Positions 1 to 12,266 of a DNA stretch of 64,000 bases are shown piece after piece. The stretch's first letter is position 1. Each line of letters begins with the position of its first letter. Under the pieces are notes generated by a model that did no database searches, was not told the DNA's origin, and saw only the letters and a program-made list of their open reading frames with translations. Source of the stretch: Octopus sinensis (taxonomy: Eukaryota); NCBI RefSeq assembly GCF_006345805.1, contig NC_043006.1, positions 64,480,001-64,544,000 of the forward strand, written 5' to 3'. A program made the position numbers and the translations under genes.

Positions 1-360
1 CCAGAACTACTTACCTCCTTTACAAATAATCTTTTTACTCAGGAACTATTAGACCTGACACCGTTCATTAGCCTGTGTTCATTCATTATGACGAAACCAT
101 GGTATGCTTACTGAATCTTTAATCATCCCATAATAATGACTTTTATTACTACCTCAGTCCATCTAAATGTATATATCTGTTGTAACCTTTCATAAAAAGC
201 CTTTTCTTTTTTATTTACAATGTGCATTTTCGTTGATTTTTCTTATTTTCGCCTTACATTTCCACGTGTATTTTCTATTTTCTTTTTGTAACATATTTCT
301 ATTTATATATATTATATTATCATATATATATATATATTCAGCAAGTATGTCCCGGTAATT

Positions 361-447
361 TGGTACGATCGTTTCGTGCTACTTCATTATATTAAACATT
401 GTAAGTATTTACATCAGTTTTTTAAAATGTTGAGCAATCTTCAGCCA
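361..447 (-). ncRNA. Type I hammerhead ribozyme-like motif with long stem II and palindromic GATC loop III
   Basis: The minus strand reads TGG-CTGAAGA-T-TGCT-C-AACATT...AATGTT...AGCA-C-GAAA-C-GATC-G-TA-CCA. All core nucleotides are present, but stem I is only 3 bp. Confidence 0.55.
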
Positions 448-497
448 TTTATAGAAGTTTTCCATCAAACGGACAATACATGTACTTATTTCCATAT

Positions 498-558
498 ATG
501 TATATATATATATATATGTGTATATATATAATATATAATATGCATATAATATATATTA

Positions 559-592
<34 letters not shown>

Positions 593-756
593 TATGATAT
601 ATATATATTATATATATATATGATATATATTATATGTAATATATATATCTATATATATATATATATATATATATGATATATATATATATATATAGATAAT
701 ATATATGATATATATATATGATATATATATATATGATATATATATATATATATATA

Positions 757-808
<52 letters not shown>

Positions 809-1012
809 ATATAATATTTATTTATAGAAGGAGCTTCTACAGGACTAGAACTGTTTCATTCAAATGAAATCATCAGAAGCTTCCTGATGATTTCATTTGA
901 ATGAACAGTTCTAGTCCTGTAGAAGCTCTTTCTATAAATAAAATTAATTTACTCTGCCATGTATTGAGTACCTTATTTACTGTGGTTAACCCCGACTGAA
1001 CCCGGGACCTAC

Positions 1013-1065
<53 letters not shown>

Positions 1066-1101
1066 ATATATATATATCATATATATATATATACATATAT
1101 A

Positions 1102-1153
<52 letters not shown>

Positions 1154-1196
1154 ATATATATATTATATATAATATATCTATATATATATACATATA

Positions 1197-1236
<40 letters not shown>

Positions 1237-1310
1237 ATAATTATTATATATATATATATTATATATATTCTATATATGATATATATATATATATATACCA
1301 TATATATATA
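498..1310. repeat. Long (TA)n microsatellite tracts flanking the hammerhead palindrome
   Basis: Read directly: ~498-815 and ~1015-1310. Confidence 0.97.
817..942. ncRNA. 126-bp near-perfect palindrome encoding two head-to-head type I hammerhead ribozyme motifs (probable Penelope-like element pLTR relic)
   Basis: The arms 817-876 and 884-942 are reverse complements, with one mismatch and one indel. Plus strand: stem I AGCTTC 878-883 / GAAGCT 922-927, core CTGATGA 884-890, stem-loop II 891-902, GAA(A) 903-905, stem III CAG/CTG, GTA triplet 919-921. The minus-strand copy has an intact CTGATGA (876-870), GAAA (857-854) and GTA (840-838). Confidence 0.8.
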
Positions 1311-1408
1311 CCCCATACACACACGCACACCCATATATACAGTTCCAGATACATTTTTTAATATATGTTAATGCAATAGTTTTTTTCCTACCTTATCCTG
1401 TGATACAT

Positions 1409-2231
1409 CTGGACAAATCAATACTGATGCTCCCTGGGATTATCAGGTGTTTCAGTAACCGGACTCCTTCGCTCAGGCAACTTAACCATGGTCGATCAAT
1501 CCCCACCGTGCGTTCAGTTAGCTCCGCCCCTTCCAAAGCTCATAGGTCCTAGTTCATAACCACCTTAAGGCATACTGAGAAGGGAAATGAGAGAAAGAGA
1601 GGGAGAGACACAGACAGACAGAAAAAAGAAAGAAAGAGAGAGAGAAGGAAAGAAAGAAGAAAGAAAGAAAGAAAGAAGAAAGAAAGAAGGAATGGGAGAG
1701 AGAAAGGAAGAGAACAGAATAGAATGAAACATGCTTAAACAAGCTGTATTCCCACTGAGGTGGGAAGCAGAGAATTCACAGTCAGGTCCCCCCTCTGCAG
1801 AGCCTACAACATCAGTTCTCAACTGCGGCTCCCAGAGGCCGCACGCAGCTCTCAAGCACCCCCTCGACGGTCTTCTCTCTATAAATATAACAACAATTTT
1901 CTTTCTTGGATTTGTACTTTACATTTTTTGGTGCGAACCCCTAAAAAAGTCCAGGTTTAGGATTTGGTTTGGATATTAAGAACGTTGAAAATCTCTGGGC
2001 ATTACAAGAGCCGGAGGGTCAAGTTGGCTATAAGAGGTAACAGAGCTTACCTCATAATGGCTGTGGATTATGCGTGAGGCCTTGAAGGGGCAGTGATACC
2101 AGGCGTTGTGCTAACTGGACACGTGCCTGGAGTTGATCAAACCTATCTGGGTCACCTTGGTGAGGGTGTCTGATGTTGAAAGATCTGAAACACCTAATGA
2201 TCCCAGGAAATACCACTGATGAGTTGTCCTG
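1409..2231. mobile_element. Putative non-autonomous element bounded by 47-bp inverted repeats
   Basis: 1409-1455 and 2185-2231 are ungapped reverse complements at 36 of 47 positions; no TSD or transposase recognised. Confidence 0.45.
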
Positions 2232-2897
2232 GAGCATTAGAAGGTGATGTATTGAAAAACTACGTAATCGGCAAGGGGCTCACTACTCTAAGCTCGACTG
2301 ACAATAATGTTAACCTCATATTCCCGCATAATAGACGAGGAAGCACGAAAATTGATATTAATATTAAAATTAATTACTGTGGTATATGCTTTCATTTTTC
2401 CTTTTGTTTCAGAGGTTGAACTTCGGCGATGATGGGATAAAGTCTTCAGGGATGTTTAATTCATTATATCTAAGCCATGTACTCATTTTAATGATTAGCT
2501 GGGTTTACATTTAGTTTCGTCCCTTTTTGAAATAGAGTTACTTCCCCTTACGAAATAAATAAATTTCTCTAAGAATTTAGTAATGGTGCGCGCGCGCGCA
2601 TAAATACATTATATATACATATAAAATATATATGTATATATTAAATATACATGATATATAAATATTATGTATTATCTCTTCTATCTTTCATTTGTTTCAG
2701 CCATTTGACTGCAGCCATGCTGGGACACCGCCTGGGGAATTTTAGTCGAACAAATCGATCCCAACACTTTTTCATCTTTAAGCCCGATACTTTTCCATCG
2801 TTCTTTTTTGCCGAAATGCTAGTTGACGGGAACGTAAACTCAAGAACACCGGTTGTCAAGCAGTGGAAGGGAAACAAACACAGACATGCACACACAC

Positions 2898-2928
<31 letters not shown>

Positions 2929-4001
2929 TGTATATATGTTTAATTTCAGTTTCCGTCATACCGAATCCACTCGCAAGCTTTGGTCGACCTGATTCTATAG
3001 TAGAATACACTGCCAAGATGCCACGCTGTGGACTGACCTGGACCCAGTGGGTGGGAAGAACCTTCATATATATATATATATAATATATAATATTATATAT
3101 ATATATATATATAACAATAAGGGTTTATATGTACATATAATATAATATATATATGAATATAAGTTGGACTATGAATTGAAATAAAGTTCTACACTTGGAA
3201 ATTTTTCCTTTCCTTATACTTCATTGTGTGTGTGTGTGTGTGATGAACTTTCGCACTTTCCGTCCTTCAAATTTCCCCTAAAAGGCGTTATTCAACCGTG
3301 AGGCCATGATAGAAGATATTTGCTCAGGGTACCATTAGTGGTATCCCGAGCAAATATCTGGAAACTGGATGTAAATGGTTATTACAAAGCGAACTTTTGA
3401 TCACACACGTCTGCGTACAAACACACACACTGCTTTCAAATTTTGACAAAGGGCCGGGAATTTTGATGGAATTGATTGCATCGACCCCAATACTTAACTG
3501 GTACTTATTTTATCGATCCCTCAGAATGTGAAGACAGACGAAATGCCGCTAAGCATTTTGTCCGACATGTTAACAATTCTGCCAGCTCGCCGCCGTCAGA
3601 CACACACATAATATATATATTGGCGACTGTATCACTAAAATTATATGATTTCAATAAGTAATCGAGTTGTAATCGATTAGGTGTGACAGCCCAATCAATA
3701 ATAGTGTGCAAGTACGTGGTTTGTATAATGTGAGCATCTGGAGTGTATCAGATAAGTGAATATGTACGCAACTAGGAATCGAAACCGCGTAACTGATAAT
3801 GGTTGGAATGGTTTTAATGAGATTAATTCTTGTGATTTTATCTTTTATCTTTCTTTTATTTGTTTCAGGCATTAAACTGCGGCAATGTTGGAGAACCACG
3901 GAGGGTTTTAACCAAACATTTTGCCCCACTCCACACTACTACTACTACTGCTGCTATTACTACTACTACTGCTACTACTACTACTGGTAATGCTGCTGCT
4001 G

Positions 4002-4034
<33 letters not shown>

Positions 4035-4874
4035 CTCCTCCTCCTCAATTTTTTTACGGTCTGATACTTATTCTGTCGGATTCTTTTGCCGAAACGCTAT
4101 GTTTCAGACGCATAAATAACCGGTGGTGAGAGAAATCAAACACACACATACAATAAGAGAAAAGAATATGGGCTTGTACTTGGCATTCCAATCAAGTGCT
4201 ACTGAATACTGAAACAAATGTGGCCTGGATCTCCGTCGGTTACGACGACGACGAATGTTCCAGTTGATCCGATCCGCAGGACAGCCTGCTTGTGAAATTA
4301 ATGTGTATGTGGCTAAGCACTCCACAAATACACTTACCCTCAACATGGTTCTCAGGGATTCAGTGGGATACAGAATGCGACAAGGCTGGCCCTTTAAAAC
4401 ATGTAACAGATGAAACAAAGGAATACCGAATTCAAATGTTCTTTATTCTCTCATTATTCATGTGTTCTTTATATGTGGCGCGAGTTTAATATGGTTAATA
4501 AGACCCGAAACCTGAATGGTAAAATTGTCGCGCACTAAACGCACACGCACAAACCTAGTGAGGACACATGGCTTAGGGGTTAGGGTGTTGCACTCACGAG
4601 TTAGCGATCTTGATTTCAATTCCTAGACCGGGTGGTCCGTTGTGTTCTTGAGCAAAACACTTCATCTCACATTACTTTGCGATCACTTCAACACCTGACA
4701 CTTGGTACACGGTGCACCTGTTCAAATAACGTCGATTTGTCGGAGTGAGTCAGTTAATGTACGACACAAACATTTGATCACTATAAGCGAATCGTTTGTG
4801 CAGGTCGTATAGCAAAAGCAGAACGCTCATACATCGTCTTGAACTGAGTGTCTATTTATATATATATATATATA

Positions 4875-6127
4875 CAGGGTGTCCCGAAATAAAGGCAACC
4901 GAAGTTTCGGGCTTTAATAACTATCAATAAATGTGATTAGATATGAAAATTATACATCATTATAAAAGCTTAGTGTGTCTTCTTTTTGTTTCAGGCTAAA
5001 TAAATTCAGATTTATAAATTAGATAATGGCTATAGATCGAAATACAATCATAACCCTCCATAAAGGAGGGTTATGATTAAGCAGAAGAACTTAAAATTAA
5101 CCAAACAACAGTCTGTAAAATTGGCAAGAAATTTCAAGAGACTGGTTCCACCACTGATCGACCTGGACGTGGCCGAAAAAGAAATGTGTGAACCCCTCAG
5201 CCTATCAAAAGTACCAGAGAAAAGATACGGCGAAATATTCGTCGTTCCGTCAGAAAACTGACTGTCACAGCAAAAATAATCCGAACACCAATGTATGAGT
5301 GCTGAGGGAGGATCTCTGGACCCACCCCACCGTCATGAGCTCACGCAAGTTTATAAGACAACGAGACTGGAGAGAAGCCATCTTGTCCCGCATCAGATTG
5401 CTGAAGGTACGTTGCCCAACTGATGAAAAGCAATTTGACATCGAACAGATAGTAAACCACCAGAATGACCGACTTTGGTATGTATATGGTTCCATCGAGG
5501 GTAGACTCGTAAATCGAAGTCAAAATTCATTGTCAGTTATGGTTTGGGCAGCTGTGACAGCCACTGGAAAGTTTCCCCTCGTTTGTGTGCCTTCGGGTGC
5601 TAAAATTAACATCAGGCGATACATTAGCGACATTGTGCAAGCTGAACGGCATCCAGGCGAATGAGCACTTTCAAGGTCCAAGGTGCGCCTTGGAGCTTCA
5701 AACAGGACTCGGCACCATCCCGCAGCCCCAAACAGACACAACACTAGATTCAGAAAAACATTCCGTCGTTCATAGACTAGGATGTATGGCGCTCAAGAAG
5801 CCCCGATCTCAACCCGTTGGATTTTTCTGTTTGATCCATTTTGGAGACGAGGATTACGAGTACTCCTCACGCTTCGCTCGCCGCTCGGAAGGCAAAACTA
5901 CGCCGAGAATGGGCTTCGATTCAGCAAGTACAGCTGCGTGCTGTGTGTGAAGCATTAGCATCTAGACTTAAGGTTGTGATTCAAAACAGGGGTGGTCATG
6001 TCGAATAAAAGTGGTAGTGTCATAATTGTTTCCTTTACTATTTACATTGCAACGCTCGGACCCGAAATATAACATTTTGCTTTGGCAAAATTGAAAAAAG
6101 TTGGTTGCCTTAATTTTGGGACACCTG
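4875..6127 (+). mobile_element. Full-length decayed Tc1/mariner-superfamily transposon, DD37D (maT) family
   Basis: TIRs are CAGGGTGTCCCGAAATAAAGGCAACC (4875-4900) and its imperfect reverse complement (6103-6127). The element is preceded by TA, is ~1.25 kb long and contains a transposase remnant. Confidence 0.92.
5026..6008 (+). pseudogene. Inactivated DD37D transposase (multiple stops and frameshifts)
   Basis: Motifs RPGRGRKR, TDEK.FDIEQ..NHQNDR, SVMVWAAVTATGK, QDSAP (D at 5706) and SPDLNPLD (last D at 5820) are present, with 37 residues between the second and third catalytic D. Stop TAA is at 6006-6008. Confidence 0.9.
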
Positions 6128-7145
6128 TGTGTGTGTATAATATATATATACATACACATACACACACATATATATAAAATTCATTCACAAGACACTGGAC
6201 GACCCCGGGCGATAGCAGAAGACACTTCCCGAGTCAGCCTGAACCTGAAACCAAATGGTTGCAAAGCCGGCTTCTTAACCACAGCCGTTCTTGCACCAAC
6301 AAAGAAGTAAATCGTCTCTGGATGGAACTGGAAACAAAGACAAAAGAGACCTGTACCTATTTTAGAAATCAATTTTTGAGATTAATAACTTCATACTTAG
6401 AGGTGTATGCACTTATGCATGCATACACACACACATCTAAATTCTGTATCTATCTGTTTGATTTCTGATCGCAATCATAATGCAATGTGCATCACCGTTT
6501 TTTATATCTACTCCCCCGATGCTGCCATGGATTTTTATGACACTGCTAATAATAGTATTCAATGGGTGGATACCCTTCTTGGCGCCAATCCTTATTTCCT
6601 TTTCAACTAAGATATTCCAATGGAATTTCCACACGAACTGCAGGACATACGCGCGCGCAGTTATGATATATATTATATAAATACATGTTATATAACACAC
6701 ACACACAGTGTTTGTGGAGGAACATGGCTTGGTGGTTAAGGTGTTGCATTCCTAATCACAAGATTGTGGTTTCGATTCCAGGAACGGGCGATGAGTTTTG
6801 TTCTTGAGCAAAGCATTTCATTATATGTTGCTCCAGTCCATTCAGCTGGCCAAAAAGTGACGTATATATTCTCCAAAAGTGGCGAAACCAGTGTGGAATA
6901 GTTTGCGTACCCATAATCTAACGGTTCAGTAAAAGAGACCAGCGAGGGCTTAAATGGTTCAACTAAACCTTCAGGGGTAATGTCCCAGCATGGCCACTGT
7001 CCAACGACTGGAAAAGGTAAGAGACAAAAGAGGTGACTACAAAAACAAACAAACATTTACTATTGGCGGGGATGCTCTCACTACCACCCAACTACATCGA
7101 TTACCCGCGGTCAGGCTGTTCTTGTGTTGCCTCAAAAAGCTTTAA

Positions 7146-7365
7146 CCCTTTAGCATTTAAACTGGCTATATCCGGCCTAAATATTCTACCTATCATTTGT
7201 TCAAACTTGCCAGATTTTGCCTCTCACACCTACCCTACAATGTAATTCTAAATATAAACAATCACACCATCGAAATCCCAAAGCTATGAAATAATGCATG
7301 ATTAATTGAAAGCAATGTGAATGCCTAACCATTTCATTTGGCAGATTAATCTGAATGCGAAAGGG
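7146..7365. mobile_element. piggyBac-type MITE (220 bp)
   Basis: TTAA-CCCTTTAGCATT...AATGCGAAAGGG-TTAA; related copies at 8403-8622, 47340-47505 (partial) and ~34478-34570 (partial, inverted). Confidence 0.82.
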
Positions 7366-8402
7366 TTAAAGAGCAATAACTGCTTTTCTTCATGTTCACA
7401 AGAAGGAAGCCAGGTATTGCTCTCCAATACACTTTATCCTTTTTTTAAAATAATTTAATCTGGTCTATTAATAAGTGCCAACTATTCTCAAGCAGTTTTG
7501 TAGTTATTTAAAACATAGTACCTCCCAACATCTTTTATCTTTTACTTGTTTCAGTCATTGAACTGTGGTCATGCTGGGGCACCGCCTTGTAGGGTTTAGG
7601 TTAAACAAATCGACTCCAGTACTTTTTTGTGTTTTTAAAGGCTTATGTATTTACCATTAGGTTTCTTATAAATTTAGCCAGTCAATAGCATCAAGCCAAC
7701 AATACACAAATCAATTTCTGATACACACAACTTTCAGAAATCACTGCTTGTATATGGCATTCTATACAACAACCCACAAACTTTTAAATCACAAACCGGT
7801 GACTTCTCACACAAAAATCTGAAGACTCCCACAACAACACATGTTGACTTCCACACAGCCTGCTGATTGCCACCTAGCCTGTGAAGACTCACAGACCACA
7901 ACTCACTGACTCCTACACAACAATCAACCAACTTTCAAACCACATTCCACTAGTGTCCACACTACAAACCACCATTTCACATAACAACTCGTTTACTTCC
8001 ACACTACACTAAACACAACAACACTCCCACTGCATGGCATCGTGGGCAAGTGACCTGTACGACAAACAAACCTGAAATCTTGTGAATTGGTTCAGATGAA
8101 TTTGTTGTGGAAGCCTGCCTGCAAGCCTTCCTTGTTCTTGGAGAGTAAACACTATTGACTGTCCAGTTTAACACCACCACCTAGAATTTCAGCGATTTTA
8201 GCATTCTGGTGAAAAGATAACCTTTCTTTACCATCTGAGTTATAGACCTTGAAAAAGCCATGCACACAGCTCTTCTTCTTTGACATGTAAAAATGAACTC
8301 ATTTTCCACTTTTCTCTCCCTCCCCTGTGAGGTGTGCCATAGATCAATTATGAGACACTGTGGAGCAACAACGAATTTGGTGTCACTCATTCAACATTTT
8401 AA

Positions 8403-8622
8403 CCCTTCGGCATTTAAACCAGCCACAGCTGGCCAAACTATTTTGCCTTTTTTATGTTCAAGTTGGCCACATCCAACATCTCACACCAACTCTACAATGT
8501 CATTCTAAAAATAAACAATCACATCATTGAAATCTTGAAACCAGAAGATAATGCATGTTTAATTCAAGACAATGTGAATAAATAAGCTTTACATTTGACA
8601 GCATAATCTAAATGCTAAAAGG
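8403..8622. mobile_element. piggyBac-type MITE, second copy
   Basis: TTAA-CCCTTCGGCATT left end, body colinear with 7146-7365, degraded right end. Confidence 0.75.
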
Positions 8623-9402
8623 TCTGTCTATCTGTATGTGTGTGTGTGTGCATCTCTCTCTCTCTCCCTCTGTATGTATGTACAGATTTCTACATACACA
8701 AGCATGTGTACGAGTTTGCCTCCAGCACCAAAAAGTTCTGCAACCAAAAGAGAGTGAATGTGCAATCAGCTGTGCCAAAATGCCTGCATCCAAACATCTG
8801 CGTCAAATTTTCCCGTTACTCATAAGCTCAGGCTCAAGTGATGCTGAGCAAGGACCACTAATCAACATCAACGAAAATAAACCAATGAAGAACAACATGA
8901 AATGCAAAAACAGTACAATGCAGAGCTTTAATAAAGCGTTAAAACATAAACGAAAATTTCAGGAAAAAAAAAAGGGAAGAAAAATAGAACGAAAATTGAA
9001 AGAAAAAAAGGGGAGGCGAGGTAGGGGGAAGGGTGTAATGTCATCAGTTTTTTGTAGGGCTTTGTTTTAGCAAAAAGGAAAAAAAAATTCTGCAGGGAGA
9101 GGGAACAGGGAGTTGAGTATCACCATCATGACGATGATGATTATTATTATTTTTTTTTATTTCTTAATAGAAAATGTTCTTTTCAGAGGATAAACTTTCC
9201 TCTGGTATGCTTTTTGAATGATGTGTGTATGTGTGTGTGTGTATATATGTATGTGTATGTATGTATATGTTTGTACATACACACATAAAATGAACAACTG
9301 CAATGAGTGTATAAAAAGTGGGCAGTCAATATTTCCAAAGATATAGGCATATATATGCATTATATATATGTGTGTGTGTGTATATGTATATATGTGTATA
9401 TG

Positions 9403-9458
<56 letters not shown>

Positions 9459-10239
9459 CTCATATACACACATATATATACACATACATGCACACATCAT
9501 ATTTGACAGCTTATGAGGCACATTATTTTTCCAGGAGAAAAAGCAAAACATCCAGGAAAATCTCTTTGTGTCGTATAAACACATCATAAGGATTTAGATT
9601 ACAGGCAGGTGATGGTTCAAGAAGGGACCTGCTAACATCGAAGCATGCCCTATAAAACTTGTATGCCTCATGCAAAGTCAAATGTGTGCAAAATGCAAGG
9701 CGCATGTACCTGCACAAGTACATACGTGTATGCATGTGTGTGTATATATTTATATATGTGTATATAGATACACATATATGAACCAAAAAAAAAAAAAGAA
9801 AGCATAGAGAGAGAGATATATGTCTTGACAAAGAGAAATGTCATGAAATGAATTTTTTGAGACAAGAAATTTTCGGACAAGTTATAATGAAAGCGAAGGG
9901 GAAAAAAAAAAAAAACAGAAAAATCCTTATCTTTAAATTACGGAGTGTGAACGAATGGATAGGTAGATAGAAACCCTTATTTAAAAAAAGAGAAAAAGAA
10001 CCCTCACCCTCCCCCCACTTATGATTATAAACTATTTTTCCCTCTAAGTTGCTAGCCCTTCCCAACCTTCAACACCTCCATGGAAAAAAAAAAAGAAATA
10101 TAAAACAAAAAATACAAAAAAAAGCAACATCACCCACTTCTCCACCCAACCCCTAACCCCCCTCCCGTCCCACACCTATTACGGCACTGTCCCCCCTCCC
10201 ACCCACCCACCCAAAATCCTCATTGACTATGTTTAAAAG

Positions 10240-11749
10240 CTATGATTTATGCACAATGACACCCGGGCGCTGATAAATTTGGTTGATGGCATAGGGGGGA
10301 GCTCGATGCAACAGCGTTGAAGCTGTGGGGTATTTGGTGGGGGTGGTGCTGAAACAGCTACTGGAGAGGTTGGTCTTCACAACAGACGTACAGTCACTGG
10401 CTAGTACTTGTTGCTGGTGGTGTTGGTGTTGTTGTTGTTGTTGTTGTTGTTGGTCTTGTTGGTGATGATGGTGGTGGTGGTGATGATGATGATGGTGTGG
10501 CTGTTGTAGTTGTTGTCGATGTTGCTGTGTTTGCTGCTGCTGCTGCTGTTGTTGTTGTTGCTGCTGCTGCTGCTGTTGATGTTGTTGTTGCTGCTGTTGG
10601 TGGTGGTGGTGGTGGTGATGGTGTGCAGCAGGAACGACTGGTGGGACAGCAGTGGTGGTGGCCACAAGGACAGGAGAGTGAGCTGAAGGCGGGGCCGGAG
10701 TATCAGCAGCAGTGGCACCTGCAGCTGCAACTGTAGAAAGCGCCGGATGCAAGAGTTGCTGTTGCTGCTGCAGAGTTGGTTTTGGTGTTTTTGATGCTGC
10801 GGCAGTCAAAAGGGACGACGATGATGTTGATGATGATGATGATGATGAGGATGGTGATGACGATGAGGATGATGATGATGATGTTGAAGACGGTGTAGAG
10901 GAGAGAATAGACAGAGAAGAGGAAGGGATGGAAAAAGATGAAGTGTTGTTGCTGCTGCTGCTGTGTTGTTGTTGTTGTTGTTAATGAGGCTGAAGTTAGT
11001 GGGTGTTGTGGTGGTGGTGGTAGTGGTGATGACAGTTGATGCGAACACTACTGTGTTTTTATGTCCATTGTTATTATTGTGATGTTGCCCTGTCGTGGAA
11101 AAATCCACTGGGGACACGAGTTCTGAATTGTTATCATCATCATCTACACAATCATCATTACAATCATCACCATCATCATCGGCAGCATTGTCGTTGATGA
11201 CATCGTCGTCTTCGTCGTCGTCAGTGATGTCATCACCGTCATCATCATCTTCTTCAATGTCATCGCTGCCGTCCTCCTCATTGTTGATTGGTGACGACAG
11301 TGGAGTTGTGCCACTGTCATCTTTAGAGTGACAGTTTTCCTTGTCTTCATCACCTCCAACAACACCACGCCACCACTTCCACCCATCTTCACACAGCTTT
11401 CTTTACCTGACCCTATAACAGAGCAAGGGGCCACTGTTTCACCTGTCCCGCTGCACACCTTCTTCTGCCTCTGTTGTTGCTCTGTGATGCTAACTACCCC
11501 TCTTCCACCACTGCTATTATACACAGCATTGCCATGTTGGTGTGCAGGTGGTGCATTGATGCATTCAACTTCATCAAATTGTGACATGTTGTTGTTGTTG
11601 TTTGGGTGCTGCTGTTCTTCTATTGCCAATCCAATTCGGTCCCCTTCCAAGTGTCGGATGGCCTCTACTATGGTCTCTAAATTACGCCGGGACATGGAGG
11701 AGTTGAACAAGGGTTGGCTCGGCTTTTCATCGACTTCATTTAGACTCAT
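10240..11749 (-). CDS. TFAP4: TFAP4 terminal coding exon: TIV motif, acidic tract, poly-T/N/S/Q/H, C-terminus RPGVIVHKS*; contains two apparent single-base frameshifts (~11367 and ~10964)
   Basis: Acceptor atttacag|ATG at 11749 is phase 0. SRRNLETIVEAIRHLEG matches the AP-4 TIV motif (human SRQNLDTIVQAIQHIEG). Three successive ORFs in three frames join into one ~503-aa frame if one base is added at each of two sites. Stop TAG is at 10240-10242. Confidence 0.85.
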
Positions 11750-12266
11750 CTGTAAATCACAGCCACAGGAGATAATGAAAAATAAAAGAAAAGAGAAGAA
11801 AACAAAGAATTAGTGAATGTAATAAACTAGGAGAGAGAGAGAGAGAGAGAGAGCATGGCATTAGTTACATACTGAATTTGCCAATGTATGAAGCGCATTC
11901 ACATATAAGAGGGACACTTATCTTACAACTGTATTTTGCAGGAGATATTCAAAGATATCTTCAAGTGGTTTTATTGGGAAAATGTATGATTCTGTGCATG
12001 TAAATTCAAGCGCAGTGAAAGTATAGTGGAATTTAAATACGAAAGCATGTATTTTAATATAAATAAGCTACATTATAGGAGTACCAATACAGATCAGCTG
12101 TAAGATTGCTTATTATTTTGGTCAAGAGAATTGCTATACAGGATACAAAACTCATATTTCAGGGCGTGGTATTTTATGTAACCACTGCTACGGTTTTGTT
12201 GTCATCCACTCATTGCAAATAGTTGACTGGCTGGTCCTTCCATCTTTCTAGAATTTTACTTTAGAA

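Noticed and set aside
70-110. Fourth hammerhead candidate (GAAAC-CATG-GTA at 93-104)
   Set aside because: The stem III half is suggestive, but the CUGANGA core is absent (only CTGTGT), so at best it is a dead relic.
8927-8935. TFAP4 polyadenylation site (ATTAAA on the minus strand, followed by GT-rich sequence)
   Set aside because: Plausible, but other hexamers (e.g. 9156-9161) are equally possible in AT-rich DNA; it needs 3'-end sequencing.
8612-9070. 152-aa Lys-rich ORF
   Set aside because: It arises from microsatellite and A-rich sequence, probably antisense to the TFAP4 3' UTR; no recognisable family.
10401-11813. Overlapping ORFs 10401-10730(-), 10497-10736(+), 10712-10984(+), 11095-11331(+) and 11328-11813(+)
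   Set aside because: These are alternative-frame or antisense shadows of the triplet-repeat-rich TFAP4 terminal exon.
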